DNA from: an uncultured Gemmatimonadaceae bacterium
Lineage (GTDB): Bacteria > Gemmatimonadota > Gemmatimonadetes > Gemmatimonadales > Gemmatimonadaceae
DNA: 64,000 nt
Assembly (NCBI GenBank): GCA_963843845.1
Contig: CAWJMB010000002.1
Span: 1,984,001 to 2,048,000 of the forward strand
Direction of reading: 5' to 3'
Shown here: positions 38,035-49,166 of the stretch, piece by piece
How positions within the stretch are numbered: position 1 is the stretch's first letter
Layout: each line of letters begins with the position of its first letter
The notes under the pieces: generated by a model
Told to the model about the DNA's origin: nothing
The model's input: only the letters and a program-made list of their open reading frames with translations
Database searches by the model: none
Position numbers and translations under genes: made by a program

Positions 38035-38522
38035 CTACAGGGAGGTGGTGGACAGTGTGGGCTTCGGTGGACACGCGCAGTCGCCCTCGTTGAGGTCCGC
38101 GCCGCAGTGCGCACAGATCCCCTTGCAGTCTTCGTCGCACAGCGCGAAGCCGGGCGACGCGAGCAACCACTCCTCGCGGAGCGCCGGCCGAAGATCGAGA
38201 GAGCGCGCGCCCACCGGCAGCACGAACACGTCGGACGTGTCGTTCTCGTCCGGCAGGTTCGGCTCCGCGAAGATCAGGTGCGACTCGACGTCGATGTGCT
38301 CCGCGACGTCGGTGAGACAGCGACGGCACTCCGAGGCCGCATCGCCTTCGATGCGTCCGCTGAAGTAGTACCGACCGTGCCCCGCGGCCGAGAGGCGCCC
38401 GACGACCCGAAGTGGACCGGATGGGCGCGCATCGCCCTCCTCCCAGATCGGATCGTCGGTCGTCAATTCGGCGTCGACGGCCGCGGCCTGCGACTGCAGC
38501 GTCCGATGTCGAAGGACAGCAT
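38035..38522 (-). CDS. YceD/DUF177 protein (frameshift near 38500)
   Basis: ECRRCL and LC.EDCKGICAHCG.DLN motifs; canonical position upstream of rpmF. Confidence 0.9.
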
Positions 38523-38598
38523 AGCCGAGTAACCTACCGCGCTACCGAAGCCAATTCAAGTCACGGTGGCAGAGCGACTTAGCTGCTGTACGCCAGGC

Positions 38599-39006
38599 TC
38601 AGCGCGCGAAGAAGAAGGCGATCTCGTTCGCGGCGTTCTCGTCGGAATCGGAGGCGTGGATCGCGTTCCGCCCCTTCGACTCTGCGTAGAGCTTCCGCAC
38701 CGTGCCCTCTGCCGCCTCGGCCGGGTCCGTCGCCCCGATCGCCTCGCGCAGCGCGGCGACCGCATCCTCCTTCTCCAGCAGCAGCGGCATCGCCGGGCCC
38801 GACGTCATGAACGATACGAGGTCGGCGTAGAACGGGCGCTCGCGATGCACCGCGTAGAACTCGCCGGCGCGTGCCTCCGTGAGGTGCTCGACGCGCGCGT
38901 CGCGGAGCGTGAATCCCTTCTCTTCGAGCAGGGCAAGGATCTTTCCCGCCTTGCCCGATCCGAATGCGTCGGGCTTGATGATCGCGAGCGTGCGGTTGCC
39001 GGCCAT
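38599..39006 (-). CDS. ndk: Nucleoside diphosphate kinase
   Basis: [30 protein letters not shown]. Confidence 0.96.
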   Translation of the reverse strand: MAGNRTLAIIKPDAFGSGKAGKILALLEEKGFTLRDARVEHLTEARAGEFYAVHRERPFYADLVSFMTSGPAMPLLLEKEDAVAALREAIGATDPAEAAEGTVRKLYAESKGRNAIHASDSDENAANEIAFFFAR

Positions 39007-39026
39007 GAGTCTGTCGGGAAGGAGCG

Positions 39027-39914
39027 TTAGGAGCCGATCAGCTTGCGAACGATGTCGCCGCGCGTGAGAAAGCCGACGAGCCGGCCGTCACGTACCACCG
39101 GGACACGGTCGACGTCCTTGTTCGTCATCATGGACGCCACTTCCGTGATCGGCTGATCGGGAGATACACACAGCACCTGGCGCGTCATGACTTCGCGTAC
39201 GGTGCGCGTTCGCTGATCGGAGCTCGGCGCCGACGGGCTCGTGCCGCGCTGAAGATAGTTCGTGAGCATGTACTGCAAGAGCTCGCGCTGGCTCAGCATC
39301 CCGATGACGCGCCCCTCCTCGTCGACGACAGGAAGCCCGGCGACGCCGGCCCGGACCATGTCCTTCGCCGCATCGCGCAGTGGTGTCGTCGGCGAGACCG
39401 TTCGCGGCGAGCGGGTCATCAAATCACGGACCGCAAGCTGGTCGCGAATCTCGATGTCGCGGAGAATCGGCAGCGTCGCGAGCGCGTCCGGCGTCGGCTG
39501 CGCGAGGATGGCCTCGACGACCTCGGTCTTCGACAGCAGCCGCGCGAACGCCCCGACGGCCTGCAGGTACCGCGCGGCCTGCTTCGGCGGTGCCGCGACG
39601 AGCAGGATGATACGCGCCCCCTGCGTCTCGTCGCTCTCGCCGAGCTCGCGCTCGATCGGCGTTGGGGCGATGCCGACGGCGACGACGAGGTCGTTGACGG
39701 CGTCGCTCCGGTAGTGCAGCAGGAACGCCCGGTTCCCCATGGCGACGAGGTCTTCCGGGCGCTCTTCGTCGACGCGCTCCTGGAGGCGCTCCGGCTGCGA
39801 GACAGCCCCGGCAGCGACGAGCCGCGCGAGCAGCTCGCGAGCAGCCGACGGCAGGTCGGTGGCGCGCAGGGGAACGACAATGCGCGGCGGAAGCACCAGA
39901 TCGGCGAGCTTCAT
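39027..39914 (-). CDS. PTS EIIA-like domain fused to a CBS pair
   Basis: N-terminal EIIA(Ntr/Fru)-like pattern (MKLADLV, AFLLHYR, ILLVAAP); C-terminal CBS pair ([29 protein letters not shown]). Confidence 0.78.
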   Translation of the reverse strand: MKLADLVLPPRIVVPLRATDLPSAARELLARLVAAGAVSQPERLQERVDEERPEDLVAMGNRAFLLHYRSDAVNDLVVAVGIAPTPIERELGESDETQGARIILLVAAPPKQAARYLQAVGAFARLLSKTEVVEAILAQPTPDALATLPILRDIEIRDQLAVRDLMTRSPRTVSPTTPLRDAAKDMVRAGVAGLPVVDEEGRVIGMLSQRELLQYMLTNYLQRGTSPSAPSSDQRTRTVREVMTRQVLCVSPDQPITEVASMMTNKDVDRVPVVRDGRLVGFLTRGDIVRKLIGS

Positions 39915-39986
39915 GAAGCGACGCGTAGCGTGCTGCGACCGAGCGCCGATCGGCGGATGCCGTGCGCTCGGTCGCGGCGGGCCGCG

Positions 39987-40861
39987 CTAACTGATTCGTT
40001 CGCGCACCAGCGACACGAAGTCGATCGGCCGTTGCGCGACGCCCATCCCGGCCGCTGTGAACGCCTCGATCTTCTCGGCCGCCGTGCCCGACGAGCCGGA
40101 GATGATCGCGCCCGCGTGGCCCATGCGGCGGCCCGGGGGAGCGGTCTGCCCGGCGATGAAGCCGACGACCGGCTTCGTCATCTTCTCCTTGATGAACGTC
40201 GCGGCGTCCTGCTCGTCGGTCCCGCCGATCTCGCCCATCATCGCGACGACCTTCGTGTCGGGGTCGTTCTCGAACGCCTGCGAGCGCGTCGATGAAGCCC
40301 GTGCCGTTGATCGGATCGCCGCCGATGCCGACGCACGTGCTCTGTCCGAGCCCGGCCCGCGTGAGATGGTAGACGACCTCGTAGGTGAGCGTGCCCGAGC
40401 GGCTGACGACGCCGACGTTGTCCGGGCGTGCAGATGCGGCCCGGGATGATGCCGACCTTCGCCTGGCCCGGCGTGATGAGCCCCGGACAGTTCGGCCCGA
40501 GGAGCCGCGCACCCTTCGTCGTTCACGAACGGACGGACGCGCGTCATGTCGATCACGGGAACGCCTTCCGTGATGCAGACGACGAGCGCGATTCCGGCAG
40601 CCGCGGCTTCCATCATCGCGTCAGCCGCGAACGGCGGCGGCACGTAGATGACCGACGTGTTCGCGCCGGTCTCGTTCACCGCCTGCTCGACGGTGTTGAA
40701 GATCGGCACTGCCCTCGAACGTCTGTCCGCCCTTCCCCGGCGTCACGCCGGCGACGACGTTCGTGCCGTACTCGATCATCTGCTCGCGCGTGGAACGAGC
40801 CGTCGCGGCCCGTGATGCCCTGCACGATCAGCCGCGTGTCATGATCGATGAAGATGCTCAT
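39987..40861 (-). CDS. sucD: Succinyl-CoA ligase alpha subunit (frameshifted)
   Basis: [34 protein letters not shown]. Confidence 0.95.
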
Positions 40862-42002
40862 GCGGCGGCCCCCGTCGGCGAGCTGCACGGCCTTCTGCAC
40901 CGCGTTATCCATGTCCGTCATCGCGGTGAAGCCGTTCTCTTCGAGAATCTTCACGGCGATCTCCTCGTTCGTGCCGGTGAGGCGGATGACGATCGGCACC
41001 TTGCAGCGGGTTCTGCTTCGTCGCCGTCACGATGCCGTTCGCGACGTCGTCAGTGCGCGTGATGCCGCCGAAGATGTTGAACAGAATGGCCTTCACGTTC
41101 TGATCGGCCGTGATGATGCGGAGCGCGTTGACGACCTTCTCGGGATTCGACGACCCGCCGATGTCGAGGAAGTTCGCCGGCTCGCCGCCGTAGTACTTCA
41201 CGAGGTCCATCGTCGCCATCGCGAGGCCCGCGCCGTTCACGACGCAGCCGACGTTCCCGTCGAGCTTGATGAAGGTGAGGTTCGCCTTGCGCGCGTCGAC
41301 TTCGCTCGGTGCCTCGGAGCTGTCGTCGCGCATCGCCTCGAGGTCGCTGCGACGCTCCAGCTCGTTGTCGTCGATCACCATCTTCGCATCGACGGCGATG
41401 ACGTCCCCCGTCGGCGTCACGACGAGCGGATTGATCTCGGCGAGCGAGCACCCGTTCTCGATGAACGCGTTGTAGAGCTGCTGCATGATCTTCGCAGCCG
41501 CGCGCGCCTGCTTCGCGTCCTGGTAGAGAAAGAACCCGAGCTGCTGCGCCTCGAACGGTTGGAGACCGTAGACCGCGTCGACGGGGTGGTACTTGATCTT
41601 CTCTGGCGTCGTCGCGGCGACTTCCTCGATGTCGATGCCGCCCGCCGCGCTCACCATGAACACCGGCTTCTTCGTCGCCCGGTCGACGATGATGCCGACG
41701 TATGCTTCGGTGCCGATGTCGGCAGCTTCGGTCACGAGCACCTTCTCGACCGTGAGCCCCTTGATGTCCATGCCGAGGATCGCCTGCGCCTTCTCGCGCG
41801 CGACTTCCGGCGTCGGGCAGTACTTCACGCCTCCGGCCTTGCCGCGTCCGCCGACGTGCACCTGCGCCTTGACCATCACGGCTTTCCCGACACGTCGCGC
41901 GATTGCCTCGGCCTCGTCGGGGGTCGTCGCGACCTCGCCCGGCGGGATCGGCACGCCATAGCGGCGAAGCACGTCCTTCGCCTGGTACTCGTGGATGTTC
42001 AC
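40858..42002 (-). CDS. sucC: Succinyl-CoA ligase beta subunit (frameshift near 3' end)
   Basis: NIHEYQAK, GGRGKAGGV, EINPL, NGAGLAMATMD, NIFGGI. Confidence 0.96.
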
Positions 42003-42051
42003 TGAAAGCTCCGAAGGGTGTAGAGCGCGCCGGGTGGCGAGCGTCGGGAAG

Positions 42052-44619
42052 CTAACGGGGCGCGGCGGTGCGAGCGAGCGCAGCGCCGAGGGAGTCGAAC
42101 GCAGCGCCGAAGGCTGACCAGTCGCCACGTCGCATCGCCTCGCGCATCCGCTCGTACAGCGAGCGCGCGCGGTCGCCGAGGGCGGGCGACGACGCCGTGA
42201 GCGCCGGTGCGCTCGCCGCCGGCGACGCGACACCACTGAGCGCCTCGCGAATCGTCGCGCCGATGCGAACCTCATCGTCGATCGTCGCCACCGCCCCGAC
42301 GACCGTCGGACCGCCGCCCGGCCGTACCGCGTACAGCGGCTTCACGAACGCGCTGCGGCCGGCGAGCGGCAGCGCGCGGAGCTGCCCCGTGCGGAACTCC
42401 GGCCGTTCTGCTGCGCTCTCGCCCGGAAGCCGAGACGTCCAGTCCGCGACCGCAGCACGCATGCGCCCGTTCACGTCCGTCCACGGCGGCGTGTCGGCTG
42501 CCGCGGGCACCCAGAGCGTGGCGGGCGAGACGCCGCCCAGCGCGATCACGAGCCCCGCGACGCGGTCGCTCCCGTCGACGAGTGGGAGCGTCCATCCGGT
42601 GACGTGCGCGTCGTGCCGCTGCGTGGGCATCAGCGACAGGGCTCGCGTCGCGACGCCGAGGGTGCTGTCGCTTCCCTCACCCGCCGGGACGTGCACATCG
42701 CGCGGCTGCGACAGCCCGCGCCGCCCGAACCGCGCGAGCGTCCACGCTTGCAGCATCGCCCCGTCGGTCGGCGGCGGGAGGGCAGCCCCGAGCTCCGGGC
42801 CGAGTGCGTCGCGCGACGAGAACAGCGCCGGGAAGCGTGCCGTCCACACCGCGGTCAATCGGTCTGGCGCGGAGTCGGCGACGAGCGTGACCGCCCCCGT
42901 TTCCGCGTTCACGACGCCGATCGCGGCGTGTTGATAGTAGCTGTACACCCCGCCGCCGACGTCGTAGCGCTGACTGAGTGGGAAGTCGGCGGATGCAGCG
43001 TACAGGTGGCAGACCCAGTGCACCGTGTCGCGCACGACGAGCGGCGCGATCGCGTAGCCTTGCGCGAAGAACGGCGCGACCGCGTCGAGCCGCTCGCGCA
43101 CGTCGCGCCGCAGCACGATGACCGGCGACGGCATGCGGTCGAGCGCGTCTGAGAACAGCAGCCGGAAGTCGCGCTCGTTCCACGCGTGCACGAGGCGCGC
43201 GACCGTGCCGCCGATCGGGTCGCCGACGATACGCCCCGTCGAGTCGCCGACGATCGCGTAGCCCGCGGCGCGAGGAAACGACACGAAGCGCCGGTGACGC
43301 TCGTCGGCGGCGAGTGCGGCTGTGGTCGACGTGGCGAGCGAGGTCGGCGACCGCCCGGCGGTCGCCAGCCCAACGCCGACCGGTTCGCCGCGCGCGTCCA
43401 CCGCGGTCGCCGAGACGACGACGGCGGTCCAGCTCGTCGGCTCCGCATCGGTTCCCGTCGCCGCGTGCGTGATCGCGACGGCGCCGAGCTCCGACGGGAA
43501 CGGTTGCCACCCGATCACGTCGTCCGCGACCTCGCCACGCCGCGCGCGTTCGATCGAACGGGCGAGCGGCACCGGATCCCACGTCGGGGTCGCCTCGGCG
43601 GCCGCGTCGACGGTTCCGAGCGTGTATTCTGGCACGATCTGGATCCGATTCACCCCGAACGCCGTCTGGCTCATCGCGGCGCGGTTGCGCAGATACGGCC
43701 CGTCGCGCTCCGCGAGCGCGGCGCGGCCGATCGCGCGTGTGGCGACGAAGGGCACCGCGCCGCGCAGCACGATCGTCGACCCGAGCACGGCAGTGATGAC
43801 CCAGAAGGCGAGACGACCGCTCCCGTGCCAGGCGGCGTTCACCATGAGCAGCGCGGCGATCGCCGTCACGGCGGCGAGCGCGAAGCGTGCCCTGAGCGCG
43901 ACCCGGTGATCGACGTAGCCGAACGCGCCGCCGACGCCGCTGCCGCCGTGAAGCAACGAGTAGCCGTCGAGCCGGTGCGCCCACGCGAGCATGAGGAGCA
44001 GCGCCGCGATCAGCATCAGCAGGTGGCGCCGCACGTGCCGCGAGGCCAGCACGCGACCGTTCTGCCACCGCAGCCCCGCGGTCAACGCGTACAGCGCGGA
44101 CACCGCGGTCGCGGTCGCGAGCAGCGTCACGATCGCCCAGATGTAGACCTCGTTCTCGAGCGGCAGCCAGTACACGTAGAACCCCGCATCCGCACCGGTG
44201 TACGGCTCGGGGAGACCGAGCGGCGGCGCGAACTGCACGAGATCGAACGCCATCCAGTCGCCGACGAGCAGCGACAGTGCGGCGCCGGCGGCGAGGGCGA
44301 CGATTGCCGCGACCCACAACAACTCGCGACCGGCTACCGTCTCGCCGATCTCCAGGTCGCCGAGCCTGCGAGGCAGCACCAGCGACTCGACGGAGCTGCT
44401 GACGACGGCGAGGTTCGCGAAGACGAACGCCCCCCCGAGCGCGACGAGCAGCGAGCGCAGCGCGGCGATGTCGGTCACCTGCGCCCGCCACACCGCGAGG
44501 GGACCGGGGCCGAGCGCCGCGTACCAGCGGTAGTCGACGACGAGCGCGGCGACGAAGCGCCCGAGGAGCAGCACGGCGACGATGAGCGCGGCGAGGCCGA
44601 TCAGACGCCGGCGTCTCAT
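42052..44619 (-). CDS. UPF0182-family membrane protein
   Basis: N-terminal TMs with DYRWY, D.GFYVY.LP, GY.D..V; C-terminal AMRRGDWSAFG.AF..L. Confidence 0.82.
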   Translation of the reverse strand: MRRRRLIGLAALIVAVLLLGRFVAALVVDYRWYAALGPGPLAVWRAQVTDIAALRSLLVALGGAFVFANLAVVSSSVESLVLPRRLGDLEIGETVAGRELLWVAAIVALAAGAALSLLVGDWMAFDLVQFAPPLGLPEPYTGADAGFYVYWLPLENEVYIWAIVTLLATATAVSALYALTAGLRWQNGRVLASRHVRRHLLMLIAALLLMLAWAHRLDGYSLLHGGSGVGGAFGYVDHRVALRARFALAAVTAIAALLMVNAAWHGSGRLAFWVITAVLGSTIVLRGAVPFVATRAIGRAALAERDGPYLRNRAAMSQTAFGVNRIQIVPEYTLGTVDAAAEATPTWDPVPLARSIERARRGEVADDVIGWQPFPSELGAVAITHAATGTDAEPTSWTAVVVSATAVDARGEPVGVGLATAGRSPTSLATSTTAALAADERHRRFVSFPRAAGYAIVGDSTGRIVGDPIGGTVARLVHAWNERDFRLLFSDALDRMPSPVIVLRRDVRERLDAVAPFFAQGYAIAPLVVRDTVHWVCHLYAASADFPLSQRYDVGGGVYSYYQHAAIGVVNAETGAVTLVADSAPDRLTAVWTARFPALFSSRDALGPELGAALPPPTDGAMLQAWTLARFGRRGLSQPRDVHVPAGEGSDSTLGVATRALSLMPTQRHDAHVTGWTLPLVDGSDRVAGLVIALGGVSPATLWVPAAADTPPWTDVNGRMRAAVADWTSRLPGESAAERPEFRTGQLRALPLAGRSAFVKPLYAVRPGGGPTVVGAVATIDDEVRIGATIREALSGVASPAASAPALTASSPALGDRARSLYERMREAMRRGDWSAFGAAFDSLGAALARTAAPR

Positions 44620-44662
44620 GGTGCGCCACCGACCGCGGCGTCGCGATCGCCGCGTGAGGGTG

Positions 44663-46066
44663 TCAATGCCCGACGCCAGGCGTCGGGTCGACTCCCTGGT
44701 CGCGCAGCCACGACTCCATCTCGGCACGGATGACGTTCAGCCGCTCCAGCGAGCGCGCCTCGAAGCGCATGACGAGTACCGGCTGCGTGTTCGATGCGCG
44801 GATGAGGCCCCACCCGTCGCCGAACAGCACGCGCACGCCGTCGACGTCGATCACGTCGTACCGGGCGCGGAAGTCACGCACCGCCCTGTCGACGATCTCG
44901 AACTTGCGCGCCTCGTCGACGTCCACGCGAAGCTCCGGCGTCGAGACGAACGACGGGACGTCCGCGAGCAGTTCGGACACGGTCCTGTTCGAGTCGGCGA
45001 CGATGCGCAGCAAGCGCGCGGCGCCGTAGAGCGCGTCGTCGTGTCCGTAGAACCCCTCGGCGAAGAACATGTGGCCGCTCATCTCGCCCGCGAGCGGCGC
45101 GTCGAGCGCCTTCATCTTGTCTTTGATGAGCGAGTGGCCCGTCTTCCACATCACCGGCTCGCCCCCCGCATCCGCGATCGCCTGTGGCAGCGCCTGCGAG
45201 CACTTGACGTCGAAGATGATCGGCGCGCCCCGTCCGGTTCGCGCGAACACGTCGCGGGCGTAGAGGATGAGCAGGTGATCCCCCCACACGATCTCGCCGC
45301 GGTCGTCGACGAGCCCGATGCGATCGGCGTCGCCGTCGAAGGCGACGCCCAACGTCGCGCCCTCGCGTTTCACCGCTGCGATCAGCTCCTGCACGTTCTC
45401 GACCACCGACGGGTCGGGGTGGTGGTTCGGAAACGTGCCGTCGCTCTCCGCGAACAGGTGCGTGACCTGCGCGCCGAGCCGGTCGAGGAGCTGAGGGCCG
45501 ACGAGGGCGCCGGCCCCGTTTCCGTAATCGGCGACGATGCGGAGCGGTCGCGAGAGGGGTCCGATGCGTTCGACGATGTCGTCGACATAGCGATCGATGA
45601 CGGCCCGCTCGGTCACGGCGCCGCGCGCGGCGCCCGCAGTCGGCAGCGCGTCGCGTGCGAGCTCGTACAGCCGCTGGATCTCGCCCCCGTGCACGGACGC
45701 CGCGCCGCGTGAGATCTTGAAGCCGTTGTACTCGGGTGGGTTGTGCGAGCCCGTGATCTGGATGCCGCCGACGACCGGCTCGTTGTGCAGCGCCCAGTAC
45801 AGCACCGGGGTCGGCACGATGCCGACGTCGAGCACGTCGAACCCGGCGCCCGTGATCCCGTCGACGAGTCCGTCTCGCAGCATCGCGCCGCTCGGCCGAT
45901 TGTCGCGGCCGACGGCGACGATGCCGTTCGACACGCCCGCGTCGCGGAGCAGCGCGGCGTACCCGGCCCCCAGCGCTCGCGCGACGTCGGTCGTGAGGTC
46001 CCGTCCGACGACTCCGCGGACGTCGTACTGCCGGAAGATGTGCTGCGGAAGCGCGGAGGCGTTCAT
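44663..46066 (-). CDS. Phosphomannomutase/phosphoglucomutase (AlgC-like)
   Basis: FRQYDVRG, TGSHNP, FDGDADR, GEMSGH, RASNT. Confidence 0.95.
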   Translation of the reverse strand: MNASALPQHIFRQYDVRGVVGRDLTTDVARALGAGYAALLRDAGVSNGIVAVGRDNRPSGAMLRDGLVDGITGAGFDVLDVGIVPTPVLYWALHNEPVVGGIQITGSHNPPEYNGFKISRGAASVHGGEIQRLYELARDALPTAGAARGAVTERAVIDRYVDDIVERIGPLSRPLRIVADYGNGAGALVGPQLLDRLGAQVTHLFAESDGTFPNHHPDPSVVENVQELIAAVKREGATLGVAFDGDADRIGLVDDRGEIVWGDHLLILYARDVFARTGRGAPIIFDVKCSQALPQAIADAGGEPVMWKTGHSLIKDKMKALDAPLAGEMSGHMFFAEGFYGHDDALYGAARLLRIVADSNRTVSELLADVPSFVSTPELRVDVDEARKFEIVDRAVRDFRARYDVIDVDGVRVLFGDGWGLIRASNTQPVLVMRFEARSLERLNVIRAEMESWLRDQGVDPTPGVGH

Positions 46067-47590
46067 CGCGTGCTGAGGGCGTTCGTCACGGCGCCCGTGT
46101 TCGCGCCCGTCGCCGGAACGAGCGAGCTCGCGCGCGCCCACGTGACGAGCGGCGTCGGATACAGCCCGAGCGCGAGCAGCAGCGTCACCGACGCGACGAT
46201 CACCGAGCGCGTCCACATGGGCGTCGGCGGCGGCGTCGGCGCGTCCTCGGGGCGCGGCCGCATGAACATCACCATGATGACGTACAGGTAGTAGCCGGCC
46301 GAGATCACGCTCGTGACGACGAGCAGCACGGCGAGCCGCGTCTGCGGCGCCGGCGCTTGCAGCGCCGCCTGCAGTACGTACCACTTCGCGAAGAACCCGA
46401 GGCCGCCGGCGAGGGGAAAGCCCAGGAGCGCGAGCATGTAGACCGCCATGGCCATCGCGAGGCCCGGTCGCACCGAGAAGAGCCCCGCGTACTCGTTCAC
46501 GTCGGTCGGCCGTTCCGCCCCCGGCGCGAGCGCGAGCACGACGGCGAACGCGCCGATCGTGGCGAGCGTGTACGCGAGCAGGTAGAACACGAGCGCCGCC
46601 GCCCCGGCCGCCGTCCCGGTCACGACCGGCACGAGCAGGTACCCCGCGTGCGCGATGCTCGAGTACGCGAGCATCCGCTTGATGTTGCGCTGCGAGAGCG
46701 CGATCAGGTTGCCGGCCACCATCGTGATCGCCGCGAGCCACCAGACGACCGGGTGCCAGCGGGTCTGCACGACGGCGAACGCTTCGATGAACACCCGGAT
46801 GAACGTCGCGAACGCGGCCGTCTTGACCGCCGCCGCCATGTAGGCCGTGAACGGCGTGGGGGCGCCGTCGTACACGTCGGGCGTCCACATGTGGAACGGT
46901 GCCGCGGCGACCTTGAATGCGAAGCCCACGAGCATCAGGGCGAGGCCGATCGCGAGCATCGACCCGGCGCCCGTGTCGACCCCGCCCGCGAGCGCCGTGC
47001 CGATCCCGGCGAGGTTCGTCGACCCGGTGGCCCCGTAGACGAGCGCGACGCCGTAGAGCAGGAACGCGGTGGAGAACGCGCCTAACAGAAAGTATTTGAG
47101 GGCCGCTTCCGCGCCGCGCGCGCTACGCCGGTTGATCCCCGCGAGCACGTACACCGCGATCGACATGATCTCGATGCCCAGGAACACGACGATGAGGTCG
47201 CGCGCCGCGCACAGGATCATCATCCCCGACGTCGCGAGCAGCATCAGCGGATACGATTCGACGGCGATCCGCTCGCTGCGGCGGGCGTAATCGTCCGCCA
47301 GCGCGATGCTGAGGATGGTCCCGAGCAGCACGACGATGTCCGCCGCCCAGCGGAAACTGTCGATCGCGACGGGGCCGCGGTCCCGAGGTCACGCCGCGAA
47401 CGCCGTACCAGATCGCCGCCGCGATCGCCGCGAGGCAGACGCCGATCGCGCCGACGGCGACCGGCCGCGCGTCGCGCCCCTCTCCGCGAAAGACGCCCCA
47501 CAGCAGCAGCGCCATCGCCCCTGCCATCACGAGCACGTCCGGGAAGAGCGCCGCGCTGAGCTGCGATGGAATCGTGAGGTCGAGATTCAT
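46063..47590 (-). CDS. nuoN: NADH-quinone oxidoreductase subunit N (frameshift near 47380)
   Basis: EAALKYF.LG, FKVAAAPFHMWTPDVYDGAP, KRMLAYSSIAHAGY. Confidence 0.95.
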
Positions 47591-49166
47591 CGATCGAGAG
47601 CCGTGGGGGCGACGCCGTTCGTCATCTGCGCGCCTCGCTCGACGTGCTCGACGAGGCGGGTCGTCGCGCTCTGCATCCGAGAGAGGATGGGTCCGGGCTG
47701 CACGCCGATCCAGATGATCGCGACGACGAACACGCTGACGACGGCGAGCTCGCGGCGATTCAGGTCGGTCAGCGTCGCGTTCTCACCGTGGTTGAGCGGG
47801 TTGAAGATGACCCGCTGCAGTCCCCAGAGGAGATACGCCGCCGCGAGCACGACACCGACCGCGGCGATCGCCGTGAACACCGGCGCCGTCCGGAACGACC
47901 CGGTGAGCACGAGGAACTCACCGACGAACCCGTTCGTCCCAGGCAGCCCGATCGAGCTCATGGCGACGATCGTCAGCGCCGCGGCGAACATCGGGATCAC
48001 GCGCGCGATCCCGCCGAACGCGGCGATCTCGCGCGTGTGGGCCCGCTCGTACAGCATGCCGATCAGGAGGAACAGCGCGCCCGTCGAGATGCCGTGGCTC
48101 ACCATCACCATGAGCGCACCCTGCACACTCTGCACGTTCAGCGCGAAGATGCCGAGCATGACGAACCCGAGGTGGCTCACGCTGGAGTAGGCGACGAGCT
48201 TCTTGAGATCGGGCTGCACCATCGCGACGAGCGCGCCGTACAGAATGCTCACCACGGCCAGCGAGAGAATGATGTTGCGCACCGTCGTGTTCATCGCCGC
48301 CGCTGGGAAGAGCGGCAGCGCGTACCGCAGAAAGCCGTACGTCCCCATCTTCAGCATCACGCCGGCGAGGATCACGCTCCCGCCCGTCGGCGCCTCGACG
48401 TGCGCGTCGGGGAGCCAGGTGTGGAACGGGAACAGCGGGACCTTGATGGCGAACGCGAGGAAGAACGCGCCGAACAGCCAGAAGCTCGCCTTGTGCGAGA
48501 CCGACATGTTGGCGAGCAGATAGTCGTACGAGAAGCTCGTCGCGCCCGTGCTGCGCCAGATGAAGATCATGGCGATCAGCATGAGCAACGAGCCGAGCAT
48601 CGTGTAGATGAAGAACTTCTGCTCGCGTAGGTCCGCCGCTCGCCCCCCCACATGCCGATGATGAAGTACATCGGCACCAGCATCAGCTCCCAGAACACAT
48701 AGAACAGCAGCAGGTCGAGCGCGACGAACACGCCGATCATGCCGGTCGTGAGCACGAGGAAGAGCGCGTAGTGCGTCCGCAGCCTGGTGCGCACGCTCGT
48801 CCAGTCGCCCTGGATCGCGAGCGGCATGAGGAACGTCGTCAGGAGAATCATGAACAGCGAGATCCCGTCGACGCCTAACGTCAGCCGGGCGCCCCACTCG
48901 GGTATCCACGGGACGTCGACGCGGAACTGCCACCCTGGCGCCACAGGATCGAACGCCCACCACATGCCCACCGAGACGAGCGCCTCGAGCAGCAGCGTCC
49001 CGAGCGCGATCATGCGGACGCGCCGACCGTGGTCGTAGTCGACGTGCATCCCGGAGTCCGCCGGCTTCCCGACGAGCCCGATCACCGCCGCGCCGACGAG
49101 CGGCAGCAGGAGCAAGACCGGCAACACCCACGCGCTGTAGTGCACGGCGAGGAGCAGATCGCGCAT
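47587..49166 (-). CDS. nuoM: NADH-quinone oxidoreductase subunit M, canonical copy (frameshift near 48625)
   Basis: FWELMLVPMY, FAIKVPLFPFHTWLPDAHVEAPTGGSVILAGVMLKMGTYG, GFVGEF. Confidence 0.94.

Noticed and set aside
42078..42115. Direct repeat CGCAGCGCCGA(G/A)GG
   Set aside because: Two short copies within the coding C-terminus of the UPF0182 gene; not an array.
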